A stretch of DNA of 64,000 nt from Auanema rhodensis. Its lineage: Eukaryota; Animalia; Nematoda. Numbering within the stretch: position 1 is the first letter of the stretch; each line of letters starts with the position of its first letter. Positions 25,972 through 41,415 of the stretch are shown here, in pieces. The translations under genes were made by a program, and so were the position numbers. The notes under the pieces were generated by a model. The model was given only the letters and a program-made list of their open reading frames with translations. It was not told where the DNA came from and did no database searches. The stretch covers positions 2,294,001-2,358,000 of the forward strand of contig OZ059894.1 in assembly GCA_964057225.1 (NCBI GenBank), given 5' to 3'.

Positions 25972-28548
25972 GAGGAACGCTTAATAAAAAAATTAGTTAT
26001 GATGGTTTGAAAAATGATGCATTAGTGTATATTGAGTTTCCATGTACACTCAACATTGCTTCCAAAAACATTTTGACAAAAATTTTTTCGAAAAATTTCA
26101 GAATAATTTAGCAAAAAGTAGATGTTTTTAGATTCCTTTTTTCAAGGCAAAGACGATGGACATTGTTATTCAACGAAAAAATTAATTCTTCAGGGTGAAA
26201 ATCGAGGATATAAGTAAGAACATATATCAGTTGATATCTCGGTGCATTTTTAAGCTAGCGCAAATCTGATAACACAGATCGACGCAGCTTGAAAATCCGC
26301 ATCGAATGCACTATACTACATTGAGAAACGCTTAATACAAAAATTAGTTATGATCGTTTGAAAAATAATGCATTAGTGTATGTTGAGTTTCCATGTACAC
26401 TCAACATAGCTTCCAAAAACATTTTGACAAAAATTTTTTCGAAAAATTTCAAAATAATTTAGCGAAAAGTAGATGTTTTTAGATTCCTTTTTTCAAGGCA
26501 AAGACGATGGACAATGTTATTCAACGAAAAAATTAATTCTTCAGGGTGAAAATCGAGGATATAAGTGTGAACTTATATCAGTTGATATCTCGGTGCATTT
26601 TTAAGCTAGCGCAAATCTGATAACACAGATCGACGCAGCTTGAAAATCCGCATCGAATGCACTATACTACATTGAGAAACGCTTAATACAAAAATTAGTT
26701 ATGATTGTTTGAAAAATGATGCATTAGTGTATGTTGAGTTTCCATGTACGCTCAACATTGCTTCCAAAAACATTTTGACAAAAATTTTTTCGAAAAATTT
26801 CAAAATAATTTAGCAAAAAGTAGATGTTTTTAGATTCTTTTTTTCAAAGCAAAGACGATGGACAATGTTATTCAACGAAAAAATTAATTCTTCAGGGTGA
26901 AAATCGAGGATATAAGTGTGAACTTATATCAGTTGAGATCTCGGTGCATTTTTAAGCTAGCGCAAATCTGATAACACAGATCGACGCAGCTTAAAAATCC
27001 GCATCGAATGCACTATACTACATTGAAGAACGCTTAATACAAAAATTAGTTATGATCGTTTGAAAAATAATGCATTAGTGTATGTTGAGTTTCCATGTAC
27101 ACTCAACATAGCTTCCAAAAACATTTTGACAAAAATTTTTTCGAAAAATTTCAAAATAATTTAGCAAAAAGTAGATGTTTTTAGATTCCTTTTTTCAAGG
27201 CAAAGACGATGGACAATGTTATTCAACGAAAAAATTAATTCTTCAGGGTGAAAATCGAGGATATAAGTGTGAACTTATATCAGTTGAGATCTCGGTGCAT
27301 TTTTAAGCTAGCGCAAATCTGATAACACAGATCGACGCAGCTTAAAAATCCGCATCGAATGCACTATACTACATTGAAGAACGCTTAATACAAAAATTAG
27401 TTATGATCGTTTGAAAAATAATGCATTAGTGTATGTTGAGTTTCCATGTACACTCAACATAGCTTCCAAAAACATTTTGACAAAAATTTTTTCGAAAAAT
27501 TTCAAAATAATTTAGCAAAAAGTAGATGTTTTTAGATTCCTTTTTTCAAGGCAAAGACGATGGACAATGTTATTCAACGAAAAAATTAATTCTTCAGGGT
27601 GAAAATCGAGGATATAAGTGTGAACTTATATCAGTTGAGATCTCGGTGCATTTTTAAGCTAGCGCAAATCTGATAACACAGATCGACGCAGCTTAAAAAT
27701 CCGCATCGAATGCACTATACTACATTGAAGAACGCTTAATACAAAAATTAGTTATGATCGTTTGAAAAATAATGCATTAGTGTATGTTGAGTTTCCATGT
27801 ACACTCAACATAGCTTCCAAAAACATTTTGACAAAAATTTTTTCGAAAAATTTCAAAATAATTTAGCAAAAAGTAGATGTTTTTAGATTCCTTTTTTCAA
27901 GGCAAAGACGATGGACAATGTTATTCAACGAAAAAATTAATTCTTCAGGGTGAAAATCGAGGATATAAGTGTGAACTTATATCAGTTGATATCTCGGTGC
28001 ATTTTTAAGCTAGCGCAAATCTGATAACACAGATCGACGCAGCTTGAAAATCCGCATCGAATGCACTATACTACATTGAGAAACGCTTAATACAAAAATT
28101 AGTTATGATTGTTTGAAAAATGATGCATTAGTGTATGTTGAGTTTCCATGTACACTCAACATAGCTTCCAAAAACATTTTGACAAAAATTTTTTCGAAAA
28201 ATTTCAGAATAATTCAGCAAAAAGTAGATGTTTTTAAATTTCTTTTCTCAAGGCAAAGACGATGGACAATGTTATTCAACGAAAAAATTAATTCTTCAGG
28301 GTGAAAATCGAGGATATAAGTGTGAACTTATATCAGTTGATATCTCGGTGCATTTTTAAGCTAGCGCAAATCTGATAACACAGATCGACGCAGCTTAAAA
28401 ATCCGCATCGAATGCACTATACTACAATGAGCAACGCTTAATACAAAAATTAGTTATGATCGTTTGAAAAATAATGCATTAGTGTATGTTGAGTTTCCAT
28501 GTACACTCAACATAGCTTCCAAAAACATTTTGACAAAAATTTTTTCGA
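25972..28548. repeat. Block of about 7 monomers, copy 1; copy 2 lies 44 monomers (15444 bp) downstream
   Basis: The rare variants TCAAAGCAAAG, AATTCAGC and ACTACAATGAGCAACG (28421 vs 43865) all recur at +15444. Confidence 0.9.
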
Positions 28549-29832
28549 GAAATTTCAAAATAATTTAGCAAAAAGTAGGTGTTTTTAGATTTCTTTGTTC
28601 AAGGCGAAGACGATGGACATTGTTATTCAACGAAAAAATTAATTCTTCAGGGTGAAAATCGAGGATATAAGTAAGAACATCTATCAGTTGATATCTCGGT
28701 GCATTTTTAAGCTAGCGCAAATCTGATAACACAGATCGACGCAGCTTAAAAATCCGCATCAAATGCACTATACTACATTGAGAAACGCTCAATACAAAAA
28801 TTAGTTATGATCGTTTGAAAAATGATGAATTAGTGTATGTTGAGTTTCCATGTACACTCAACATTGCTTCCAAAAACATTTTGACAAAAATTTTTTCGAG
28901 AAATTTCAAAATAATTTAGCAAAAAGTAGGTGTTTTTAGATTTCTTTGTTCAAGGCGAAGACGATGGACATTGTTATTCAACGAAAAAATTAATTCTTCA
29001 GGGTGAAAATCGAGGATATAAGTAAGAACATCTATCAGTTGATATCTCGGTGCATTTTTAAGCTAGCGCAAATCTGATAACACAGATCGACGCAGCTTAA
29101 AAATCCGCATCAAATGCACTATACTACATTGAAAAACGCTTAATAAAAAAATTAGTTATGATGGTTTGAAAAATGATGCATTAGTGTATATTGAGTTTCC
29201 ATGTACACTCAACATTGCTTCCAAAAACATTTTGACAAAAATTTTTTCGAAAAATTTCAGAATAATTTAGCAAAAAGTAGATGTTTTTAGATTCCTTTTT
29301 TCAAGGCAAAGACGATGGACATTGTTATTCAACGAAAAAATTAATTCTTCAGGGTGAAAATCGAGGGTATAAGTAAGAACATCTATCAGTTGATATCTCG
29401 GTGCATTTTTAAGCTAGCGCAAATCTGATAACACAGATCGACGCAGCTTAAAAATCCGCATCAAATGCACTATACTACATTGAGAAACGTTCAATACAAA
29501 AATTAGTAATGATCGTTTGAAAAATGATGAATTAGTGTATGTTGAGTTTCCATGTACACTCAACATTGCTTCCAAAAACATTTTGACAAAAATTTTTTCG
29601 AAAAATTTCAAAATAATTTAGCAAAAAGTAGATGTTTTTAGATTCCTTTTTTCAAGGCAAAGACGATGGACAATGTTATTCAACGAAAAAATTAATTCTT
29701 CAGGGTGAAAATCGAGGATATAAGTGTGAACTTATATCAGTTGATATCTCGGTGCATTTTTAAGCTAGCGCAAATCTGATAACACAGATCGACGCAGCTT
29801 AAAAATCCGCATCGAATGCACTATACTACATT

Positions 29833-32800
29833 GAGGAACGCTTAATACAAAAATTAGTTATGATCGTTTGAAAAATAATGCATTAGTGTATGTTGAGTTT
29901 CCATGTACACTCAACATAGCTTCCAAAAACATTTTGACAAAAATTTTTTCGAAAAATTTCAAAATAATTTAGCAAAAAGTAGATGTTTTTAGATTCCTTT
30001 TTTCAAGGCAAAGACGATGGACAATGTTATTCAACGAAAAAATTAATTCTTCAGGGTGAAAATCGAGGATATAAGTGTGAACTTATATCAGTTGATATCT
30101 CGGTGCATTTTTAAGCTAGCGCAAATCTGATAACACAGATCGACGCAGCTTAAAAATCCGCATCGAATGCACTATACTACATTGAGGAACGCTTAATACA
30201 AAAATTAGTTATGATCGTTTGAAAAATAATGCATTAGTGTATGTTGAGTTTCCATGTACACTCAACATAGCTTCCAAAAACATTTTGACAAAAATTTTTT
30301 CGAAAAATTTCAGAATAATTTAGCAAAAAGTAGATGTTTTTAGATTTCTTTTCTCAAGGCAAAGACGATGGACAATGTTATTCAACGAAAAAATTAATTC
30401 TTCAGGGTGAAAATCGAGGATATAAGTGTGAACTTATATCAGTTGATATCTCGGTGCATTTTTAAGCTAGCGCAAATCTGATAACACAGATCGACGCAGC
30501 TTAAAAATCCGCATCGAATGCACTATACTACATTGAGGAACGCTTAATACAAAAATTAGTTATGATCGTTTGAAAAATAATGCATTAGTGTATGTTGAGT
30601 TTCCATGTACACTCAACATAGCTTCCAAAAACATTTTGACAAAAATTTTTTCGAAAAATTTCAAAATAATTTAGCAAAAAGTAGATGTTTTTAGATTCCT
30701 TTTTTCAAGGCAAAGACGATGGACAATGTTATTCAACGAAAAAATTAATTCTTCAGGGTGAAAATCGAGGATATAAGTGTGAACTTATATCAGTTGATAT
30801 CTCGGTGCATTTTTAAGCTAGCGCAAATCTGATAACACAGATCGACGCAGCTTAAAAATCCGCATCGAATGCACTATACTACATTGAGGAACGCTTAATA
30901 CAAAAATTAGTTATGATCGTTTGAAAAATAATGCATTAGTGTATGTTGAGTTTCCATGTACACTCAACATAGCTTCCAAAAACATTTTGACAAAAATTTT
31001 TTCGAAAAATTTCAAAATAATTTAGCAAAAAGTAGATGTTTTTAGATTCCTTTTTTCAAGGCAAAGACGATGGACAATGTTATTCAACGAAAAAATTAAT
31101 TCTTCAGGGTGAAAATCGAGGATATAAGTGTGAACTTATATCAGTTGATATCTCGGTGCATTTTTAAGCTAGCGCAAATCTGATAACACAGATCGACGCA
31201 GCTTAAAAATCCGCATCGAATGCACTATACTACATTGAGGAACGCTTAATACAAAAATTAGTTATGATCGTTTGAAAAATAATGCATTAGTGTATGTTGA
31301 GTTTCCATGTACACTCAACATAGCTTCCAAAAACATTTTGACAAAAATTTTTTCGAAAAATTTCAAAATAATTTAGCAAAAAGTAGATGTTTTTAGATTC
31401 CTTTTTTCAAGGCAAAGACGATGGACAATGTTATTCAACGAAAAAATTAATTCTTCAGGGTGAAAATCGAGGATATAAGTGTGAACTTATATCAGTTGAT
31501 ATCTCGGTGCATTTTTAAGCTAGCGCAAATCTGATAACACAGATCGACGCAGCTTAAAAATCCGCATCGAATGCACTATACTACATTGAGGAACGCTTAA
31601 TACAAAAATTAGTTATGATCGTTTGAAAAATAATGCATTAGTGTATGTTGAGTTTCCATGTACACTCAACATAGCTTCCAAAAACATTTTGACAAAAATT
31701 TTTTCGAAAAATTTCAGAATAATTTAGCAAAAAGTAGATGTTTTTAGATTTCTTTTCTCAAGGCAAAGACGATGGACAATGTTATTCAACGAAAAAATTA
31801 ATTCTTCAGGGTGAAAATCGAGGATATAAGTGTGAACTTATATCAGTTGATATCTCGGTGCATTTTTAAGCTAGCGCAAATCTGATAACACAGATCGACG
31901 CAGCTTAAAAATCCGCATCGAATGCACTATACTACATTGAGGAACGCTTAATACAAAAATTAGTTATGATCGTTTGAAAAATAATGCATTAGTGTATGTT
32001 GAGTTTCCATGTACACTCAACATAGCTTCCAAAAACATTTTGACAAAAATTTTTTCGAAAAATTTCAAAATAATTTAGCAAAAAGTAGATGTTTTTAGAT
32101 TCCTTTTTTCAAGGCAAAGACGATGGACAATGTTATTCAACGAAAAAATTAATTCTTCAGGGTGAAAATCGAGGATATAAGTGTGAACTTATATCAGTTG
32201 ATATCTCGGTGCATTTTTAAGCTAGCGCAAATCTGATAACACAGATCGACGCAGCTTAAAAATCCGCATCGAATGCACTATACTACATTGAGGAACGCTT
32301 AATACAAAAATTAGTTATGATCGTTTGAAAAATAATGCATTAGTGTATGTTGAGTTTCCATGTACACTCAACATAGCTTCCAAAAACATTTTGACAAAAA
32401 TTTTTTCGAAAAATTTCAAAATAATTTAGCAAAAAGTAGATGTTTTTAGATTCCTTTTTTCAAGGCAAAGACGATGGACAATGTTATTCAACGAAAAAAT
32501 TAATTCTTCAGGGTGAAAATCGAGGATATAAGTGTGAACTTATATCAGTTGATATCTCGGTGCATTTTTAAGCTAGCGCAAATCTGATAACACAGATCGA
32601 CGCAGCTTAAAAATCCGCATCGAATGCACTATACTACATTGAGGAACGCTTAATACAAAAATTAGTTATGATCGTTTGAAAAATAATGCATTAGTGTATG
32701 TTGAGTTTCCATGTACACTCAACATAGCTTCCAAAAACATTTTGACAAAAATTTTTTCGAAAAATTTCAGAATAATTTAGCAAAAAGTAGATGTTTTTAG

Positions 32801-34288
32801 ATTTCTTTTCTCAAGGCAAAGACGATGGACAATGTTATTCAACGAAAAAATTAATTCTTCAGGGTGAAAATCGAGGATATAAGTGTGAACTTATATCAGT
32901 TGATATCTCGGTGCATTTTTAAGCTAGCGCAAATCTGATAACACAGATCGACGCAGCTTAAAAATCCGCATCGAATGCACTATACTACATTGAGGAACGC
33001 TTAATACAAAAATTAGTTATGATCGTTTGAAAAATAATGCATTAGTGTATGTTGAGTTTCCATGTACACTCAACATAGCTTCCAAAAACATTTTGACAAA
33101 AATTTTTTCGAAAAATTTCAAAATAATTTAGCAAAAAGTAGATGTTTTTAGATTCCTTCTTTCAAGGCAAAGACGATGGACAATGTTATTCAACGAAAAA
33201 ATTAATTCTTCAGGGTGAAAATCGAGGATATAAGTGTGAACTTATATCAGTTGATATCTCGGTGCATTTTTAAGCTAGCGCAAATCTGATAACACAGATC
33301 GACGCAGCTTAAAAATCCGCATCGAATGCACTATACTACATTGAGGAACGCTTAATACAAAAATTAGTTATGATCGTTTGAAAAATAATGCATTAGTGTA
33401 TGTTGAGTTTCCATGTACACTCAACATAGCTTCCAAAAACATTTTGACAAAAATTTTTTCGAAAAATTTCAAAATAATTTAGCAAAAAGTAGATGTTTTT
33501 AGATTCCTTTTTTCAAGGCAAAGACGATGGACAATGTTATTCAACGAAAAAATTAATTCTTCAGGGTGAAAATCGAGGATATAAGTGTGAACTTATATCA
33601 GTTGATATCTCGGTGCATTTTTAAGCTAGCGCAAATCTGATAACACAGATCGACGCAGCTTAAAAATCCGCATCGAATGCACTATACTACATTGAGGAAC
33701 GCTTAATACAAAAATTAGTTATGATCGTTTGAAAAATAATGCATTAGTGTATGTTGAGTTTCCATGTACACTCAACATAGCTTCCAAAAACATTTTGACA
33801 AAAATTTTTTCGAAAAATTTCAGAATAATTTAGCAAAAAGTAGATGTTTTTAGATTCCTTTTTTCAAGGCAAAGACGATGGACAATGTTATTCAACGAAA
33901 AAATTAATTCTTCAGGGTGAAAATCGAGGATATAAGTGTGAACTTATATCAGTTGATATCTCGGTGCATTTTTAAGCTAGCGCAAATCTGATAACACAGA
34001 TCGACGCAGCTTAAAAATCCGCATCGAATGCACTATACTACATTGAGGAACGCTTAATACAAAAATTAGTTATGATCGTTTGAAAAATAATGCATTAGTG
34101 TATGTTGAGTTTCCATGTACACTCAACATAGCTTCCAAAAACATTTTGACAAAAATTTTTTCGAAAAATTTCAGAATAATTTAGCAAAAAGTAGATGTTT
34201 TTAGATTTCTTTTCTCAAGGCAAAGACGATGGACAATGTTATTCAACGAAAAAATTAATTCTTCAGGGTGAAAATCGAGGATATAAGT
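29833..34288. repeat. Highly homogeneous monomer block (GAGGAAC / AATAATGC / CATAGC haplotype), copy 1
   Basis: About 13 near-identical monomers that differ mainly at the linked sites CAAAAT+TTCCTTTTTT versus CAGAAT+TTTCTTTTCT. Confidence 0.9.
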
Positions 34289-37200
34289 AAGAACATCTAT
34301 CAGTTGATATCTCGGTGCATTTTTAAGCTAGCGCAAATCTGATAACACAGATCGACGCAGCTTAAAAATCCGCATCGAATGCACTATACTACATTGAGGA
34401 ACGCTTAATACAAAAATTAGTTATGATCGTTTGAAAAATAATGCATTAGTGTATGTTGAGTTTCCATGTACACTCAACATAGCTTCCAAAAACATTTTGA
34501 CAAAAATTTTTTCGAGAAATTTCAAAATAATTTAGCAAAAAGTAGATGTTTTTAGATTCCTTTTTTCAAGGCGAAGACGATGGACATTGTTATTCAACGA
34601 AAAAATTAATTCTTCAGGGTGAAAATCGAGGATATAAGTAAGAACATCTATCAGTTGATATCTCGGTGCATTTTTAAGCTAGCGCAAATCTGATAACACA
34701 GATCGACGCAGCTTAAAAATCCGCATCAAATGCACTATACTACATTGAGAAACGTTCAATACAAAAATTAGTTATGATCGTTTGAAAAATGATGAATTAG
34801 TGTATGTTGAGTTTCCATGTACACTCAACATTGCTTCCAAAAACATTTTGACAAAAATTTTTTCGAGAAATTTCAAAATAATTTAGCAAAAAGTAGATGT
34901 TTTTAGATTCCTTTTTTCAAGGCGAAGACGATGGACATTGTTATTCAACGAAAAAATCAATTCTTCAGGGTGAAAATCGAGGATCTAAGTGTGAACTTAT
35001 ATCAGTTGATATCTCGGTGCATTTTTAAGCTAGCGCAAATCTGATAACACAGATCGACGCAGCTTAAAAATCCGCATCGAATGCACTATACTACATTGAG
35101 AAACGCTCAATACAAAATGTAGTTATGATCGTTTGAAAAATGATGCATTAGTGTATGTTGAGTTTCCATGTACACTCAACATTGCTTCCAAAAACATTTT
35201 GACAAAAATTTTTTCGAAAAATTTCAAAATAATTTAGCAAAAAGTAGATGTTTTTAGATTCCTTTTTTCAAGGCGAAGACGATGGACATTGTTATTCAAC
35301 GAAAAAATTAATTCTTCAGGGTGAAAATCGAGGATATAAGTAAGAACATCTATCAGTTGATATCTCGGTGCATTTTTAAGCTAGCGCAAATCTGATAACA
35401 CAGATCGACGCAGCTTAAAAATCCGCATCAAATGCACTATACTACATTGAGAAACGTTCAATACAAAAATTAGTTATGATCGTTTGAAAAATGATGAATT
35501 AGTGTATGTTGAGTTTCCATGTACACTCAACATTGCTTCCAAAAACATTTTGACAAAAATTTTTTCGAGAAATTTCAAAATAATTTAGCAAAAAGTAGAT
35601 GTTTTTAGATTCCTTTTTTCAAGGCGAAGACGATGGACATTGTTATTCAACGAAAAAATCAATTCTTCAGGGTGAAAATCGAGCATCTAAGTGTGAACTT
35701 ATATCAGTTGATATCTCGGTGCATTTTTAAGCTAGCGCAAATCTGATAACACAGATCGACGCAGCTTAAAAATCCGCATCGAATGCACTATACTACATTG
35801 AGAAACGCTCAATACAAAATGTAGTTATGATCGTTTGAAAAATGATGCATTAGTGTATGTTGAGTTTCCATGTACACTCAACATTGCTTCCAAAAACATT
35901 TTGACAAAAATTTTTTCGAAAAATTTCAAAATAATTTAGCAAGAAGTAGATGTTTTTAGATTCCTTTTTTCAAGGCAAAGACGATGGACAATGTTATTCA
36001 ACGAAAAAATAATTTCTTCAGGGTGAAAATCGAGGATATAAGTGTGAACTTATATCAGTTGATATCTCGGTGCATTTTTAAGCTAGCGCAAATCTGATAA
36101 CACAGATCGACGCAGCTTAAAAATCCGCATCGAATGCACTATACTACATTGAAAAACGCTTAATAAAAAAATTAGTTATGATGGTTTGAAAAATGATGCA
36201 TTAGTGTATATTGAGTTTCCATGTACACTCAACATTGCTTCCAAAAACATTTTGACAAAAATTTTTTCGAAAAATTTCAGAATAATTTAGCAAAAAGTAG
36301 ATGTTTTTAGATTCCTTTTTTCAAGGCAAAGACGATGGACATTGTTATTCAACGAAAAAATTAATTCTTCAGGGTGAAAATCGAGGATATAAGTAAGAAC
36401 ATCTATCAGTTGATATCTCGGTGCATTTTTAAGCTAGCGCAAATCTGATAACACAGATCGACGCAGCTTAAAAATCCGCATCAAATGCACTATACTACAT
36501 TGAGAAACGTTCAATACAAAAATTAGTTATGATCGTTTGAAAAATGATGAATTAGTGTATGTTGAGTTTCCATGTACACTCAACATTGCTTCCAAAAACA
36601 TTTTGACAAAAATTTTTTCGAGAAATTTCAAAATAATTTAGCAAAAAGTAGATGTTTTTAGATTCCTTTTTTCAAGGCGAAGACGATGGACATTGTTATT
36701 CAACGAAAAAATTAATTCTTCAGGGTGAAAATCGAGGATATAAGTAAGAACATCTATCAGTTGATATCTCGGTGCATTTTTAAGCTAGCGCAAATCTGAT
36801 AACACAGATCGACGCAGCTTAAAAATCCGCATCAAATGCACTATACTACATTGAGAAACGTTCAATACAAAAATTAGTTATGATCGTTTGAAAAATGATG
36901 CATTAGTGTATGTTGAGTTTCCATGTACACTCAACATTGCTTCCAAAAACATTTTGACAAAAATTTTTTCGAAAAATTTCAAAATAATTTAGCAAAAAGT
37001 AGATGTTTTTAGATTCCTTTTTTCAAGGCGAAGACGATGGACATTGTTATTCAACGAAAAAATTAATTCTTCAGGGTGAAAATCGAGGATATAAGTAAGA
37101 ACATCTATCAGTTGATATCTCGGTGCATTTTTAAGCTAGCGCAAATCTGATAACACAGATCGACGCAGCTTAAAAATCCGCATCAAATGCACTATACTAC

Positions 37201-40200
37201 ATTGAGAAACGTTCAATACAAAAATTAGTTATGATCGTTTGAAAAATGATGAATTAGTGTATGTTGAGTTTCCATGTACACTCAACATTGCTTCCAAAAA
37301 CATTTTGACAAAAATTTTTTCGAGAAATTTCAAAATAATTTAGCAAAAAGTAGATGTTTTTAGATTCCTTTTTTCAAGGCGAAGACGATGGACATTGTTA
37401 TTCAACGAAAAAATCAATTCTTCAGGGTGAAAATCGAGCATCTAAGTGTGAACTTATATCAGTTGATATCTCGGTGCATTTTTAAGCTAGCGCAAATCTG
37501 ATAACACAGATCGACGCAGCTTAAAAATCCGCATCGAATGCACTATACTACATTGAGAAACGCTCAATACAAAATGTAGTTATGATCGTTTGAAAAATGA
37601 TGCATTAGTGTATGTTGAGTTTCCATGTACACTCAACATTGCTTCCAAAAACATTTTGACAAAAATTTTTTCGAAAAATTTCAAAATAATTTAGCAAGAA
37701 GTAGATGTTTTTAGATTCCTTTTTTCAAGGCAAAGACGATGGACAATGTTATTCAACGAAAAAATAATTTCTTCAGGGTGAAAATCGAGGATATAAGTGT
37801 GAACTTATATCAGTTGATATCTCGGTGCATTTTTAAGCTAGCGCAAATCTGATAACACAGATCGACGCAGCTTAAAAATCCGCATCAAATGCACTATACT
37901 ACATTGAGAAACGCTCAATACAAAAATTAGTTATGATCGTTTGAAAAATGATGAATTAGTGTATGTTGAGTTTCCATGTACACTCAACATTGCTTCCAAA
38001 AACATTTTGACAAAAATTTTTTCGAGAAATTTCAAAATAATTTAGCAAAAAGTAGATGTTTTTAGATTCCTTTTTTCAAGGCAAAGACGATGGACATTGT
38101 TATTCAACGAAAAAATTAATTCTTCACGGTGAAAATCGAGGATATAAGTGTGAACTTATATCAGTTGATATCTCGGTGCATTTTTAAGCTAGCGCAAATC
38201 TGATAACACAGATCGACGCAGCTTAAAAATCCGCATCAAAAGCACTATACTACATTGAGAAACGCTCAATACAAAAATTAGTTATGATCGTTTGAAAAAT
38301 GATGAATTAGTGTATGTTGAGTTTCCATGTACAATCAACATTGCTTCCAAAAACATTTTGACAAAAATTTTTTCGAAAAATTTCAAAATAATTTAGCAAA
38401 AAGTAGATGTTTTCAAATTTTTTTTTTCAAGGCAAAGACGATGGACAATGTTATTCAACGAAAAAATTAATTCTTCAGGGTGAAAATCGAGGATATAAGT
38501 GTGAACTTATATCAGTTGATATCTCGGTGCATTTTTAAGCTAGCGCAAATCTGATAACACAGATCGACGCAGCTTAAAAATCCGCATCAAATGCACTATA
38601 CTACATTGAGAAACGCTCAATACAAAAATTAGTTATGATCGTTTGAAAAATGATGAATTAGTGTATGTTGAGTTTCCATGTACACTCAACATTGCTTCCA
38701 AAAACATTTTGACAAAAATTTTTTCGAAAAATTTCGAAATAATTTAGCAAAAAGTAGATGTTTTTAGATTCCTTTTTTCAAGGCAAAGACGATGGACATT
38801 GTTATTCAACGAAAAAATCAATTCTTCAGGGTGAAAATCGAGGATCTAAGTGTGAACTTATATCAGTTGATATCTCGGTGCATTTTTAAGCTAGCGCAAA
38901 TCTGATAACACAGATCGACGCAGCTTAAAAATCCGCATCGAATGCACTATACTACATTGAGAAACGCTCAATACAAAATGTAGTTATGATCGTTTGAAAA
39001 ATGATGCATTAGTGTATGTTGAGTTTCCATGTACACTCAACATTGCTTCCAAAAACATTTTGACAAAAATTTTTTCGAAAAATTTCAAAATAATTTAGCA
39101 AGAAGTAGATGTTTTTAGATTCCTTTTTTCAAGGCAAAGACGATGGACAATGTTATTCAACGAAAAAATAATTTCTTCAGGGTGAAAATCGAGGATATAA
39201 GTGTGAACTTACATCAGTTGATATCTCGGTGCATTTTTAAGCTAGCGCAAATCTGATAACACAGATCGACGCAGCTTAAAAATCCGCATCAAATGCACTA
39301 TACTACATTGAGAAACGCTCAATACAAAAATTAGTTATGATCGTTTGAAAAATGATGAATTAGTGTATGTTGAGTTTCCATGTACACTCAACATTGCTTC
39401 CAAAAACATTTTGACAAAAATTTTTTCGAGAAATTTCAAAATAATTTAGCAAAAAGTAGGTGTTTTTAGATTTCTTTGTTCAAGGCGAAGACGATGGACA
39501 TTGTTATTCAACGAAAAAATTAATTCTTCAGGGTGAAAATCGAGGATATAAGTAAGAACATATATCAGTTGATATCTCGGTGCATTTTCAAGCTAGCGCA
39601 AATCTGATAACACAGACCGACGCAGCTTAAAAATCCGCATCGAACGCACTATTCTACATTGAGAATCGCTCAATACAAAAATTAGTTATGATCGTTTGAA
39701 AAATGATGCATTAGTGTATGTTGAGTTTCCATGTACAATCAACATTGCTTCCAAAAACATTTTGACAAAAATTTTTTCGAAAAATTTCAAAATAATTTAG
39801 CAAAAAGTAGATGTTTTCAAATTTTTTTTTTCAAGGCAAAGACGATGGACAATGTTATTCAACGAAAAAATTAATTCTTCAGGGTGAAAATCGAGGATAT
39901 AAGTGTGAACTTATATCAGTTGATATCTCGGTGCATTTTTAAGCTAGCGCAAATCTGATAACACAGATCGACGCAGCTTAAAAATCCGCATCGAATGCAC
40001 TATACTACATTGAAAAACGCTCAATAAAAAAATTAGTTATGATGGTTTGAAAAATGATGCATTAGTGTATATTGAGTTTCCATGTACACTCAACATTGCT
40101 TCCAAAAACATTTTGACAAAAATTTTTTCGAAAAATTTCAGAATAATTTAGCAAAAAGTAGATGTTTTTAGATTCCTTTTTTCAAGGCAAAGACGATGGA

Positions 40201-41415
40201 CATTGTTATTCAACGAAAAAATTAATTCTTCAGGGTGAAAATCGAGGATATAAGTAAGAACATATATCAGTTGATATCTCGGTGCATTTTTAAGCTAGCG
40301 CAAATCTGATAACACAGATCGACGCAGCTTAAAAATCCGCATCAAATGCACTATACTACATTGAGAAACGTTCAATACAAAAATTAGTTATGATCGTTTG
40401 AAAAATGATGAATTAGTGTATGTTGAGTTTCCATGTACACTCAACATTGCTTCCAAAAACATTTTGACAAAAATTTTTTCGAGAAATTTCAAAATAATTT
40501 AGCAAAAAGTAGATGTTTTTAGATTCCTTTTTTCAAGGCGAAGACGATGGACATTGTTATTCAACGAAAAAATTAATTCTTCAGGGTGAAAATCGAGGGT
40601 ATAAGTAAGAACATCTATCAGTTGATATCTCGGTGCATTTTTAAGCTAGCGCAAATCTGATAACACAGATCGACGCAGCTTAAAAATCCGCATCGAATGC
40701 ACTATACTACATTGAGAAACGCTCAATACAAAATGTAGTTATGATCGTTTGAAAAATGATGCATTAGTGTATGTTGAGTTTCCATGTACACTCAACATTG
40801 CTTCCAAAAACATTTTGACAAAAATTTTTTCGAAAAATTTCAAAATAATTTAGCAAGAAGTAGATGTTTTTAGATTCCTTTTTTCAAGGCAAAGACGATG
40901 GACAATGTTATTCAACGAAAAAATAATTTCTTCAGGGTGAAAATCGAGGATATAAGTGTGAACTTATATCAGTTGATATCTCGGTGCATTTTTAAGCTAG
41001 CGCAAATCTGATAACACAGATCGACGCAGCTTAAAAATCCGCATCGAATGCACTATACTACATTGAGGAACGCTTAATACAAAAATTAGTTATGATTGTT
41101 TGAAAAATGATGCATTAGTGTATGTTGAGTTTCCATGTACACTCAACATTGCTTCCAAAAACATTTTGACAAAAATTTTTTCGAAAAATTTCAAAATAAT
41201 TTAGCAAAAAGTAGATGTTTTTAGATTCCTTTTTTCAAGGCAAAGACGATGGACAATGTTATTCAACGAAAAAATTAATTCTTCAGGGTGAAAATCGAGG
41301 ATATATGTGTGAACTTATATCAGTTGATATCTCGGTGCATTTTTAAGCTAGCGCAAATCTGATAACACAGATCGACGCAGCTTAAAAATCCGCATCGAAT
41401 GCACTATACTACATT

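Noticed and set aside
28113-28304. 63-aa plus-strand ORF, with a copy at 43557-43748
   Set aside because: A TAG to CAG substitution in a duplicated monomer opens it. It has a TTG start and no coding signature.
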